This document shows, one piece after another, positions 29,874 to 39,756 of a DNA stretch of 64,000 bases. Numbering within the stretch: position 1 is the stretch's first letter; each line of letters starts with the position of its first letter. The stretch comes from Promethearchaeota archaeon (lineage in GTDB: Archaea > Asgardarchaeota > Lokiarchaeia > Sigyniarchaeales > SOKP01): positions 64,001 to 128,000 of the forward strand of contig JAEOTA010000054.1 of the NCBI GenBank assembly GCA_016840085.1, written 5' to 3'. A program made the position numbers and the translations under genes. The notes below the pieces were generated by a model. The model worked only from the letters and a program-made list of their open reading frames with translations, was not told where the DNA came from and searched no databases.

Positions 29874-30677
29874 ATGGACGACTACTTATTCAAAAAACAC
29901 CTTGAAACAAAAGATAATCTTCTTAAGTTAAAAGATGATCAAGTAAAAACTCTCGAGAATTCATTAAGATTGAAAGATGAGCAAATACAAACTCTCGAAA
30001 ATTCATTACAAATCAAAGATGAAAAAGCGGAAACTTTAGAAAAAACAATTAAACTTAAAGAGGAGGAAATCAGTAAATTGAAGTCTTCTGCCCTTGATCC
30101 AAATGTTGTAAAAGCAAAAGATGAAAAGCTTAAAGAACTTGAAAAAGAAATAGAAATTTTAAATGGAGAATTAGCAAAAGCAGATGAAGATTTAGAAAGC
30201 TTAGAATTAGAAAATGAGAAACTTAGAACTGCTAAATCTAGCTCTACAGATGCTACAATCACTGATTTTACAAATGCTCAAATCAGTAAATCAGAGATTC
30301 TTGAAAAAATGAGAGAAATAATACAAAATGCTAAATCTAATGTTACAATTGTAGTCCCTAGTATTGAAGATTTACAGGCGCTTTACTTATATGAAGCTAA
30401 AGCCTCTACTACTCTGAAGATAGCTTGTTCAATCAATGCTGGGATCGAAGAACATAGTGAACTTTTAGATGAACTCGAATCATTTGATAATATTACTCTC
30501 AGAAATTATGTGCGAAAAGATAGATATGCTCTTGTTCGAGATGGAGAAGAATTACTTGTCGCAGTAATTGGAAAATCCGAAAGTAGTCATTTAACTTTCC
30601 ATACAAAAGACTCAAAACATATTCGATTGTTAACTTCTTTAATAACAGAATCTTGGATCCAAAGTAGGAAAGTATAA
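29874..30677 (+). CDS. Coiled-coil protein with C-terminal TrmB-effector/PLD-like alpha/beta domain
   Basis: 14-aa repeats (LKDDQVKTLENSLR / LKDEQIQTLENSLQ / IKDEKAETLEKTIK); C-terminal IIQNAKSNVTIVVP..RDGEELLV..W pattern. Confidence 0.7.
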   Translation: MDDYLFKKHLETKDNLLKLKDDQVKTLENSLRLKDEQIQTLENSLQIKDEKAETLEKTIKLKEEEISKLKSSALDPNVVKAKDEKLKELEKEIEILNGELAKADEDLESLELENEKLRTAKSSSTDATITDFTNAQISKSEILEKMREIIQNAKSNVTIVVPSIEDLQALYLYEAKASTTLKIACSINAGIEEHSELLDELESFDNITLRNYVRKDRYALVRDGEELLVAVIGKSESSHLTFHTKDSKHIRLLTSLITESWIQSRKV

Positions 30678-30706
30678 AAAATTCCATCATTTAATTCTGA
30701 TTATAT

Positions 30707-31423
30707 TTAAAAGATAGGGCATTTTATTTTTTCACATTTATCATTTATAGCTGAAAAAATACACTTATTATAAGTATATTTCAATTCAATATTGAATTTT
30801 TCTTTTAAGAAAGCTAAAGTTTCGCATATTGATAATTTAACCGATCTCTTGCAACAATGCTCTAGATTATCTGCTATCTTAGCTAATGATCTTGATGTCA
30901 TTTGATTCGCTAATGTTCTAGGCTTATCTGTAGAAGGGGTTGCATCCGTGAAGATACTGATTGCAACTCCAGATCCCATACCTGCTCCACATGATCCATA
31001 AAAACCACACCATCCTCCTGGGATCTTAGAGGCTCTTCTAATTGCTTCTTTGATATCAAATAAACTGATATCATTACCATCTAATTTTTTTATTTCATTA
31101 TTTTTAAGAGCTGTTAAAATAACTGCGGGTGTTAATACATGATGTTCGGGTCCATATAATTTAAAATTTGGGTGCTTCATTATTAAATCTGCTAATTCAA
31201 ATGGATCTTTTATACTTGTTTCAGCACAAATCTTTTCAATAATATCAATTGGACCTTTTATATGGCAATCATTACAAATATAATGTCCATCTTCACAATA
31301 AATATTAGTATTAAATATATTTCCACAGAATTTGCAGGTAAGATCGTTATAATCTTCAGGTTTCGTCGCATAAATTAACTTTTTACCGCAAATCTCACAT
31401 TTATCACTTTTATTCTTAGTCAT
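30707..31423 (-). CDS. DUF5714-like Cys-rich protein
   Basis: CEICG, CKFCG, CEDGHYICNDCH, GPEHH, GGWCGFYGSCGAG, HCCKR. Confidence 0.8.
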   Translation of the reverse strand: MTKNKSDKCEICGKKLIYATKPEDYNDLTCKFCGNIFNTNIYCEDGHYICNDCHIKGPIDIIEKICAETSIKDPFELADLIMKHPNFKLYGPEHHVLTPAVILTALKNNEIKKLDGNDISLFDIKEAIRRASKIPGGWCGFYGSCGAGMGSGVAISIFTDATPSTDKPRTLANQMTSRSLAKIADNLEHCCKRSVKLSICETLAFLKEKFNIELKYTYNKCIFSAINDKCEKIKCPIF

Positions 31424-31447
31424 TCTTAATCATCCACTTAAAGTATA

Positions 31448-32308
31448 TTATATTTCTATAAATGTTCTTTTTCTTTTATAAAAGTGAGCTAGTTTATTAT
31501 AACCTATCCTGCTTACCAATTTAACCATTTTTTTAAATTTATAACCTACTTCATTAGGATGATGAGCATCTGAGCCTAAGAGAATAGGGATTCCCAATTC
31601 ATACATTTCTTCGATAATTTCTAAACTAGGATATTGTTCTTTTATCTTTTTTCTTAATCCCCCTGTATTAATTTCAATCGTCAAATCTCTTTTTTTAACA
31701 AGCTCAAGAGTTTTAATTGCTTCATTTATAATCAATTCTTTGTCGATAGCTCTTTTATTATATTTTTTTGGTAAATCAAAATGACTTACAACATCAAAAT
31801 CAAATTCTTCTGAAGTGATCATATCCTTTAATTTATGATAATATTCCAGATAAATATTATCAATACTGTCATATTCTTTATACATACTTAAAAATCTCCT
31901 ATCATCAAAAGCAAAAAGTTTTGATTTTCCATGTAATGTATGGACAGAGCCTAAGATATAGTCTAAATTATTTAAACTATTATTAATTTTTAAATTTAAA
32001 AAACTCTCTTGGCTTTTAAAATAATCAACTTCAAATGCTACTCTTAATTGAATTCTATTTTTATATTTATCCTTTAGTTTTTCTATAATTGAGAGATATA
32101 AATCAACTTCATTTAGACTCATTGCATATTCTTGATATGGAACTTCTTCAATTAAGATAGAACTGTTCTTAAGATATTCATACGGAAAATGGTCGCTAAT
32201 TCCAATTGTTCTAAGTTTAAGCTTGATAGCTTTCGTGATATAATCCTCAATCGAGCCAACAGCATGATGGCACATTTTGTTATGAGTATGCCAGTCTTCA
32301 AAAATCAT
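31448..32308 (-). CDS. PHP-family histidinol-phosphatase (HisJ-type)
   Basis: DWHTH..CHHA.G, ISDH, DYILGSVH, SHFDLPKK, IEINT.G, GSDAH. Start moved to ATG 32308, since the track start overlaps the divergent gene. Confidence 0.88.
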   Translation of the reverse strand: MIFEDWHTHNKMCHHAVGSIEDYITKAIKLKLRTIGISDHFPYEYLKNSSILIEEVPYQEYAMSLNEVDLYLSIIEKLKDKYKNRIQLRVAFEVDYFKSQESFLNLKINNSLNNLDYILGSVHTLHGKSKLFAFDDRRFLSMYKEYDSIDNIYLEYYHKLKDMITSEEFDFDVVSHFDLPKKYNKRAIDKELIINEAIKTLELVKKRDLTIEINTGGLRKKIKEQYPSLEIIEEMYELGIPILLGSDAHHPNEVGYKFKKMVKLVSRIGYNKLAHFYKRKRTFIEI

Positions 32309-32374
32309 ATTACATTTACTAAATAATATAAACAAGATAAAATTAATGATTACGCAGTAAAAGCCGATTTTATA

Positions 32375-33184
32375 TTGGAATTTACAGAAAAACAATTAGA
32401 TGGACCCTATGAAGTCTGTGGGGTGGATATCCAGAATCAAGGTGAACTACTCAAAGGATTACTTTACTTCCCGCCTAAATCATTTGAAAAACCTTTTCCT
32501 ATAACACTATATTTCCATGGTTTTCCACAACTCTTTACTTTAAAAGAGATAGTTAAAAATCATAAATATATTTTAGATTTAGGATATTCATTTTTTGTTT
32601 TTAACTTTAGAGGATATAGATTTAGTGAAGGAAATGTTTCTATACAATCTCAAGTTTCAGATGGCTATAAAACTATAGAATTTGTAGAATTAATGGCAAA
32701 AGATAATATTTTCAATAAAAATGATATAAATATTATTGGACATGACATAGGGGCTTTTATAGCTTTACTAACTTGCTCTTACATTAAGAACATCAACAGA
32801 ATTATATTGGTAACTCCAATTTTAGATTTAAGAAAACATGTTTATGATGATAATTTCATTAAAACATTGAATTATATAAACAGGTTTCTCCCCGGTAATA
32901 TTAGGGGTATATCCAATGTAAATGAATTTATTACCTTGACAAAAAAGGAATTAACATCTGAGGAATATCAAATTCAGAAGGTTATAGACCATTTAAGTTG
33001 CAGAAAACTAAAAATTGTTATAGGAGAAAAGGATAATATGACATCAATTTCAGAGGTTAAAGAAATAATGCAACATTTAAAAATTGAATACGAATTGGCC
33101 ATAATGAATAATATGGGTCATCAATATATTGATGATGAAGAATTAATGAATGTAAATAAAGAAATAAAAAATTTCTTTAAGTAA
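32375..33184 (+). CDS. Alpha/beta-hydrolase fold protein
   Basis: YFHGFP, FNFRG...SEG, GHDIGA elbow, GEKD, MGH. Confidence 0.8.
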   Translation: MEFTEKQLDGPYEVCGVDIQNQGELLKGLLYFPPKSFEKPFPITLYFHGFPQLFTLKEIVKNHKYILDLGYSFFVFNFRGYRFSEGNVSIQSQVSDGYKTIEFVELMAKDNIFNKNDINIIGHDIGAFIALLTCSYIKNINRIILVTPILDLRKHVYDDNFIKTLNYINRFLPGNIRGISNVNEFITLTKKELTSEEYQIQKVIDHLSCRKLKIVIGEKDNMTSISEVKEIMQHLKIEYELAIMNNMGHQYIDDEELMNVNKEIKNFFK

Positions 33185-33228
33185 AAGGATCGTTTTGGGA
33201 CAGTAAAGCTAATCTTGAAAAAAGATAT

Positions 33229-34014
33229 TTAAAATTTAACACATTTAAAGACAATTTGCCAGCAATATTTCTTAAAAAAAATGATTTTGTATAATGGTTT
33301 TTCAATAAAATTAAGAAATTTATAAGTTGTTTTAAAGACCGCATTGCTTTTAATAAACCTTTGAAGAACCCTAGCAAAAGGAGATATTAGGAAGAATTCG
33401 TAATGCTCAATATTACCAAAAATCTCTTCTCCTTTTTTGACTTCTGACATTAATAATGGATGTTCATAAGTTGTTCTCATTTTTGGAGCAATATACTTTC
33501 TATTGAATTCAACTATAGGATTTTTCTTCAATGGCTCAATAAATACAATACAACCTTTCTTTCTAAGTAGACGTTTACATTCTTTAAAAAAGAGATCAAT
33601 ATCTGGTAAATGATGAATAATTCTAAACCCTACTATAATATCAAATAACTCATCTTCAAAATCTGGAATCTGTGCATTCATTACTTTAAAATCAACATTT
33701 AACCTTCGCCTTTTTGCCTCTTTTTGGCAAAATTCAATGTAGTTTTGTGAAAGATCTATACCTGTAACATTTGCTCCCATTTTGGATAAATAAAAAGAAA
33801 AAGAGCCTTTCCCACAACCAACATCTAAAATAGTTTTTCCCTTAATATTTCCTAATAAATCTTTAAATTTTAAATAAGCATGTCTAAAGAAATCTTCATT
33901 TTCTAAATTAAAAATACCTCCTAAGCGTATTTGATATTTCCCATAATATTTTATTTCATTTTTAAAGATGTAGTCAAATTCAGAAAGAATATTTGCTCTC
34001 TCTTTTTGATTCAT
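33229..34014 (-). CDS. Class I SAM-dependent methyltransferase
   Basis: ILDVGCGKG, GIDLS, FDIIV, IIHH, LRKKG. Confidence 0.88.
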   Translation of the reverse strand: MNQKERANILSEFDYIFKNEIKYYGKYQIRLGGIFNLENEDFFRHAYLKFKDLLGNIKGKTILDVGCGKGSFSFYLSKMGANVTGIDLSQNYIEFCQKEAKRRRLNVDFKVMNAQIPDFEDELFDIIVGFRIIHHLPDIDLFFKECKRLLRKKGCIVFIEPLKKNPIVEFNRKYIAPKMRTTYEHPLLMSEVKKGEEIFGNIEHYEFFLISPFARVLQRFIKSNAVFKTTYKFLNFIEKPLYKIIFFKKYCWQIVFKCVKF

Positions 34015-34084
34015 ATAAATCTTAAAATAGTATTTATTTATTTATTTCTAATATAATTTTTTATGGATTTTTTATATTATTATA

Positions 34085-35584
34085 TTGTACCTGATGGTTA
34101 ATATAGAAATATGGAAAAAAAAAGTAAAAAGGGAAAATTCTGCTGTATTTCTATCTCAATTCTATAGTTTCCTAAATAATATTTGCGATAAAAAATCAGA
34201 AATTTTACAGAAATATATAATTAATAAATATAAAGAGATTTATAATGTTGCATTAGAAGAAGGAAAATTTTTTTTAGATTTAGAAAAAACTCAAATTAAG
34301 AATCCTCCTAGAATTGATTTTAAAGCTGGTTATTTCAAAAAATTTAAGGCAACAAATTTAGAATCTCTATTTACTAATAAATATGTTAATTATATACTCA
34401 GAGATCGACATATTTTCGCTTTAGATCTTAGCAGTTGGGAATTTAGCGAGATCCCAGAATCAATCGGTAATTTATCAAAATTAGAATATTTAAATCTAGC
34501 TAATTTAAGGTTGAAAAATTTACCAGAATCTTTACAAAACCTTTCTGAACTTCAATATCTCAATTTATCTGGCAATAGATTAAAGAAACTTCCCCGTTGG
34601 CTAAAAAATTTTGTAAAAAAAAAATATCGTAACAATTATGTAAATCAAAGCGTAGATAGATATGAAGCAACCATATTAGGTATATTGGAGATTTTAAGTG
34701 GAAAGAAATTAGAGAAAATTGAAATCCAAAAAGACATAACTCAATGGGAACAATTATTACACTATAAACTAAATAATGAGGGAAAAATAGTTGGACTGTT
34801 TATAAATGACGAAAAAGTGGAAATTGGTATTTTTCCGCAGGAAATTTGTTTACTAGAATTTCTTGAAGAATTAGAATTATCAAATTCTTCTATTGAATAT
34901 ATTCCAAATTGTATTGATAATCTACGAGTCCTCAGGCAATTAGATTTATCTTTTAATCGAATTAAATCCATTCCTGAATCAATTAATAAATTAAGAAATT
35001 TAGAGTATTTGAACATTGACAACAATGAAATCCCTGAAAAAATTGCTTTAGATTTAAGATGGAATAAAAATGGAGAACACTTTTTAGAAAAAGGAGAATA
35101 TGATAAAGTTATAGATGAATGTACAGCAACTTTAGAAGTGTTTCCTAAGAATAAGCTAGCTTTGTTACATCTTGGAATCGCTCAAAAAGAAAGGGGGGAC
35201 TTATCTCTCTCAAAACACAAATTTAAAGACTTATTAAACATTGATCCGCTAAGTTCGGTTGTGTGGAGTCTTTTAAGTGATATCTACTATCAAGAAGACG
35301 ATTATGAGAAAGCAATCAAGGCAATAAAACGTGCTTTGGTAATAGAACCAACTGTAGCAATATTATGGAGTAATCTAGGTTTAAATTATAAGAAGTTAGG
35401 TAAATATGATAATGGTATTGCATCCTATTTACATTCTATTGAACTTGATCCAAATAATAAAAATATATGGAGAGAGCTCGCCTCAATTTATCGAGATAAG
35501 GGTGAGATTATGAAAGCAATTGATGCTGAGGAAAGAGCTCTGGAAATTGAACTTGGCTTAAAAAATGAAAATGATAAAAATTAG
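34085..35584 (+). CDS. Leucine-rich-repeat plus TPR protein
   Basis: IPESIGNLSKLEYLNLANLRL-type LRRs in two blocks, then ~5 TPRs (e.g. WSNLGLNYKKLGKYD..Y..SIELDP). Confidence 0.88.
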   Translation: MYLMVNIEIWKKKVKRENSAVFLSQFYSFLNNICDKKSEILQKYIINKYKEIYNVALEEGKFFLDLEKTQIKNPPRIDFKAGYFKKFKATNLESLFTNKYVNYILRDRHIFALDLSSWEFSEIPESIGNLSKLEYLNLANLRLKNLPESLQNLSELQYLNLSGNRLKKLPRWLKNFVKKKYRNNYVNQSVDRYEATILGILEILSGKKLEKIEIQKDITQWEQLLHYKLNNEGKIVGLFINDEKVEIGIFPQEICLLEFLEELELSNSSIEYIPNCIDNLRVLRQLDLSFNRIKSIPESINKLRNLEYLNIDNNEIPEKIALDLRWNKNGEHFLEKGEYDKVIDECTATLEVFPKNKLALLHLGIAQKERGDLSLSKHKFKDLLNIDPLSSVVWSLLSDIYYQEDDYEKAIKAIKRALVIEPTVAILWSNLGLNYKKLGKYDNGIASYLHSIELDPNNKNIWRELASIYRDKGEIMKAIDAEERALEIELGLKNENDKN

Positions 35585-35596
35585 AAGTAAATCATA

Positions 35597-36244
35597 TCAT
35601 TCTATATAACTGTTTATATAACGTTGTACTCCACTCGCAGGTTGGAATATACCAAAATGACCTTCACATAAGATATCTGCTTTTAAGCTTAAAAGCATGC
35701 GTAAAGACTTTTGATAATTATCAAAATTACTAATACCCGGAATCATAGGGCCATGCAAATCTTGACCAAACAATATTTTTTTTCCTTGGATTTCAAGTAA
35801 AATTGATATAGAACCTGGAGTATGTCCAGGTGTATGAATACATTGGAGATCATATTCTCCAAATTTTAATATTTCAAGAACTCCTTTAAATCTTTTTTCA
35901 AGTTTGACTGGAATATATTTCACTCCATACCACTTAGCTGCCGTCTCTTTATCATGACCTCTCTCTTCTATAGCGTCTGCATCTAATTCATGAGCATAAA
36001 ACTTTACTTTTTTATTAAAATTTTTAAGGTCTGAACATGCACCTATATGATCAATATGAAAGTGTGTTATAATACAATGGTTAATTTCCATTGGATTTAG
36101 TCCAATTTTAATAATTTTTTTTATTAAGTTTAAGCTCATTCCACAGTCAATTAATATTAGGCCTTCTTCGCTATTCGAATTCACTAAATAAACTGAGCAT
36201 CCACTATCTCCTAAATGGTATACATGGTCGAATATTTCTTTCAT
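35597..36244 (-). CDS. MBL-fold metallo-hydrolase (glyoxalase II-like)
   Basis: LIDCG, THFHIDH, HTPGHTPGS, FGQD, CEGH. Confidence 0.88.
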   Translation of the reverse strand: MKEIFDHVYHLGDSGCSVYLVNSNSEEGLILIDCGMSLNLIKKIIKIGLNPMEINHCIITHFHIDHIGACSDLKNFNKKVKFYAHELDADAIEERGHDKETAAKWYGVKYIPVKLEKRFKGVLEILKFGEYDLQCIHTPGHTPGSISILLEIQGKKILFGQDLHGPMIPGISNFDNYQKSLRMLLSLKADILCEGHFGIFQPASGVQRYINSYIE

Positions 36245-36268
36245 GTTTTTAACAATCTCTTAAAATAG

Positions 36269-37087
36269 TTAAGATCTATTTAAATATAACCTTTTATAAA
36301 AAATTATCGTTATTACAGCAGCCACACCTGTAGGAAAAAGAACATCTGAAGCATAGTGTGCCCCCAAGACAACACGGGACATAGCTACAAATAATCCCCA
36401 TCCTATAACTAAAACTAACATAATAATTTTATAAGGATTGTTCCATTTTTTATCCTTTATAATTATTAATAAGGGTAAAAACATCCACCCTACAGCGGCA
36501 TGGCCACTGGGAAAAGATCTACCACTTGAAGTCGGTCCTGGGGGTAAAAACCATGGAGTGTAATCTGTAAATCCAGGCGCCAAATCCCTAAATCGAACTC
36601 TTCCACACACTATTTTAGCTATCTGAACAAATAATAATGGATTTATAACTGCTAAGATTGTAATTACAGCTGATATATTTCTGTAGGGTTTCCAATCCTT
36701 ATTAAAGGTAATAATTACAAATACTAATAAAGCGAGTATTATTGCTCCTCCATCAAAGATAAGAACTTGAGAAGAAAACACTATTCCAAGAACAAATAAT
36801 ATTATACCGATAACTATAATTACATAAGCAGGAATTTTTTGTTTCTTTATATCTTGATTATAGCTTCCAATAAGCGTTGCTAAAGCTATTGCTATCAATC
36901 CATATCCTGGAGCTTCGCCATATTCTCTTCCAAAAAGTCCCCATAAAGAATTTTCATCAACAACTGCTCGTGAAATCTCTAGATCCGTAAAACCAAAAAT
37001 AATAGCAAGAATCACCCAAATGACTATAACAATAAATAACAATTTCACTGTTCCGGATTCTTTAAAATTTTTAAACATAGTAATCAC
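36269..37087 (-). CDS. PAP2-family membrane phosphatase
   Basis: K...GRVR, SFPSGH, SRVVLGAHYASD; multiple TM segments. Confidence 0.9.
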   Translation of the reverse strand: MITMFKNFKESGTVKLLFIVIVIWVILAIIFGFTDLEISRAVVDENSLWGLFGREYGEAPGYGLIAIALATLIGSYNQDIKKQKIPAYVIIVIGIILFVLGIVFSSQVLIFDGGAIILALLVFVIITFNKDWKPYRNISAVITILAVINPLLFVQIAKIVCGRVRFRDLAPGFTDYTPWFLPPGPTSSGRSFPSGHAAVGWMFLPLLIIIKDKKWNNPYKIIMLVLVIGWGLFVAMSRVVLGAHYASDVLFPTGVAAVITIIFYKRLYLNRS

Positions 37088-37099
37088 ATTTTTCTTTTC

Positions 37100-37831
37100 T
37101 TATTTAAAATGTTCTTGTATTAAATCAAGTAGTTTATCTGGATAATCAGTATAAATGGCACTAACAAAACTATCTTTATATTGTAATTTTAGAACTTTAT
37201 TCATATTAGCTATTGTATTTACACCCCAAATATAACATTCAAGATTATTATCAATCACCTGTTTGAATAAATCTTCAACATTTCTTCTACATCTCAAATT
37301 AATAATATTCACACTAATTTTGCTTAATCTGTCTAATGCTAAAGTTTTACTTGTGATTTTATTAATATTTTCCGCTAATGTATAAATGAGTTTTACTTTT
37401 TGATTTTGATTCCTTAAAAAAGAAAGAATACTTAATCTTCTATCTGTAATTTCAATCTTGTCAAAAACACTAACTTTTTCAGCGATATTTATAAGATCTA
37501 ATCCTACATTTTTATTCGCTATATCGAAACTATATCTTAGATTATGAGAAATATCATTAAAGATTTTAAATACTTCTTCTACTAATGAAACTTTTCGATG
37601 ATCATCAAATTCAATTGATTGAATTTCTTCGTATGTTAAATCTTGTATAAAATAGTGTTTTTTACCTGCATTGAAGATTGGATCATGAAAACAAACTACT
37701 TTTTTATCTTTAGTATAGATTAAGTCTGATTCTATTCCGGCGCCCAAGCTTACTGCTTTTTTGAATGAAGGGATTGTATTTTCAATTTCATACCCCGAAG
37801 CTCCTCTATGGGCGAAAACATAAGGCTCCAT
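37100..37831 (-). CDS. Glycerophosphodiester phosphodiesterase family protein
   Basis: FAHRGAS..ENT, IESD..TKD..VCFHD, WGVN, IYTDYP. Confidence 0.88.
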   Translation of the reverse strand: MEPYVFAHRGASGYEIENTIPSFKKAVSLGAGIESDLIYTKDKKVVCFHDPIFNAGKKHYFIQDLTYEEIQSIEFDDHRKVSLVEEVFKIFNDISHNLRYSFDIANKNVGLDLINIAEKVSVFDKIEITDRRLSILSFLRNQNQKVKLIYTLAENINKITSKTLALDRLSKISVNIINLRCRRNVEDLFKQVIDNNLECYIWGVNTIANMNKVLKLQYKDSFVSAIYTDYPDKLLDLIQEHFK

Positions 37832-37922
37832 TGTGTTAAAGAAAAATTTTAATAAATACTTGAAAAAAATAATTTTTATAGAACTTAAAATTACTAATAT
37901 TACTTAATATCTTCTCTTAATT

Positions 37923-38768
37923 TTGATAAAAATGGAAGAAAAACAAAATAATGTACATAATGAACACAAAGAGCCATTTTCAATAAAATTGAAAAACTAT
38001 TTTAAAAATTTATTAGATTTTTCTAATTACAACTATAAAACTATAATTTATATTGTTCTATTTGTAGTTTTAGTAGTAATTTCTCTTAGTTTACTATATT
38101 ACATCTATTTTGTCGACAAAACAATATTATATAAATTTGTTGTTGAATGGTTTGTAAATCCAGTTTTTTTACTTGGTTTTATTGGAATTCTCCTTTTCAT
38201 CGTTATTATGGCAGTTCAAGGGCTTATAGTACCCATTCCTTCTGAAATTGTTCTATTAGCAACTGGGATGATTTGGGGCATTTTATTGGGAGGATTTATG
38301 GGAGTCATTGGATCAATGGCAGCAGGAATGTTATGTTATTATATAAGTAAACGAGGAGGCAGACCTTTGGCAGAGAAATTTGTGGGAGAAAAAGCAATAA
38401 ATTTAGCAGACGATTTTATTCATAAATATGGAATATGGGCAATATTAATCGCTCGGTTTTTGCCATTTATAGCTTTTGATCCTATAAGTTATGCATCAGG
38501 TTTGGTTGATATGGACATCAAGAAATATTCTTTAGGAACTTTTATTGGCTCTTTTCCAAGAGCTTTCTTTTATTCTTGGTTAGGATGGTCATTGGGAATT
38601 AGACCCCCAATTAATTTTGTAGATCTGCCAATTTCTCAAATAAATGCCCAATCTGAATTTTTTAATAATGTACTCTTAATAATATTAGTAGTTTTGATAA
38701 TTATGTTTATTTCTTATTATATAATTGCTAAATATTATGAAAAAAAGAAATTAGAAGATAAATCTTAA
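37923..38768 (+). CDS. DedA/VTT (TVP38/TMEM64-like) membrane protein
   Basis: PIPSEIV..G..WG..GG, ARFLPFIAFDPISYASGL, F..G..PR. Confidence 0.88.
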   Translation: MIKMEEKQNNVHNEHKEPFSIKLKNYFKNLLDFSNYNYKTIIYIVLFVVLVVISLSLLYYIYFVDKTILYKFVVEWFVNPVFLLGFIGILLFIVIMAVQGLIVPIPSEIVLLATGMIWGILLGGFMGVIGSMAAGMLCYYISKRGGRPLAEKFVGEKAINLADDFIHKYGIWAILIARFLPFIAFDPISYASGLVDMDIKKYSLGTFIGSFPRAFFYSWLGWSLGIRPPINFVDLPISQINAQSEFFNNVLLIILVVLIIMFISYYIIAKYYEKKKLEDKS

Positions 38769-38891
38769 AGGTTGTTTTTTCATTCTTTTTAAGATATAAA
38801 TGGCATGTATTTTTTTTGTTATACTTGACAGATAATAATATTATTGTGATATTACTTCTTTTTTTTTATTTAGATTAGCTAATTTCAGCTT

Positions 38892-39065
38892 ATGAATGAA
38901 AAGGATAAAATAATAAAAAGATTTGAACTCAAAGAAACTTATGAGCTGAACTTAGCTGAATTTTACAAGGCTTTGGACAACGCAATAAGCAAAAATAATG
39001 CACAATCTATCTATGGACTTAGTAAAATTTTTACAAGATATTATTTTAGAAAATTGAACAACTAA
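38892..39065 (+). CDS. Small hypothetical protein (57 aa), not in the ORF track
   Basis: ATG 38892 to TAA 39065: MNEKDKIIKRFELKETYELNLAEFYKALDNAISKNNAQSIYGLSKIFTRYYFRKLNN; fills an intergenic gap and looks amphipathic-helical. Confidence 0.5.
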   Translation: MNEKDKIIKRFELKETYELNLAEFYKALDNAISKNNAQSIYGLSKIFTRYYFRKLNN

Positions 39066-39295
39066 GGATTTCTAATCAAATAAAAAGCATGTGGGTTTTT
39101 TATTAATTTTGAAATTTTTTCATATCTTACTTAGTTTCTTTGACAAATTTTTATAATTTATTCTCTTTGATTTTTGAATTGTTCGTTCCATCAATATAAA
39201 AATTTTTCGATTAAAGAAATTTTATATATTTGAAGACGATATACTTATTAGAGTATTATAGAATATATTTTAATAATGTTAGAGTAAATGTCATC

Positions 39296-39547
39296 ATGAA
39301 TGTTAGCGAAGATTATGATAAAATTTTGGAGGACACCCTTAAAGATGAATTGGAATGGCTAGAACAGGAATTTGAGCTCCTCTTTAGAAGTAAAAAGAGT
39401 AATTGCTCTAGAAAAGACATCACGATGGCAACCAATATTTTGGATAATGTAGTTGATAATATAAAAATGAATTCTAATAAACAATTATTAAACTTATTAA
39501 CAATAATGCTTAACAGATTAGAAAAGACCTATCCTGATTTTTTTTAA
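39296..39547 (+). CDS. Small helical hypothetical protein
   Basis: MNVSEDYDKILEDTLKDELEWLE..YPDFF; ATG 39296 preferred over TTG 39230. Confidence 0.65.
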   Translation: MNVSEDYDKILEDTLKDELEWLEQEFELLFRSKKSNCSRKDITMATNILDNVVDNIKMNSNKQLLNLLTIMLNRLEKTYPDFF

Positions 39548-39756
39548 TTTAATCCAACTTATTATTTATTCTGTTTTAAATCTTTACTAAGTAAATATCT
39601 TATTTCTTCCGCTTTGCTATTGAAATTTTATTTAAGTAAATAATCTAATCATAATCAATTTGATTATAGAAAGAGAAATTATTTTAAGAATGAATTGCAT
39701 ATTTTAAAAAAGAAGTTCAGAATTATTTCTTGGAAAAAATAGAATAGATATCTCTT

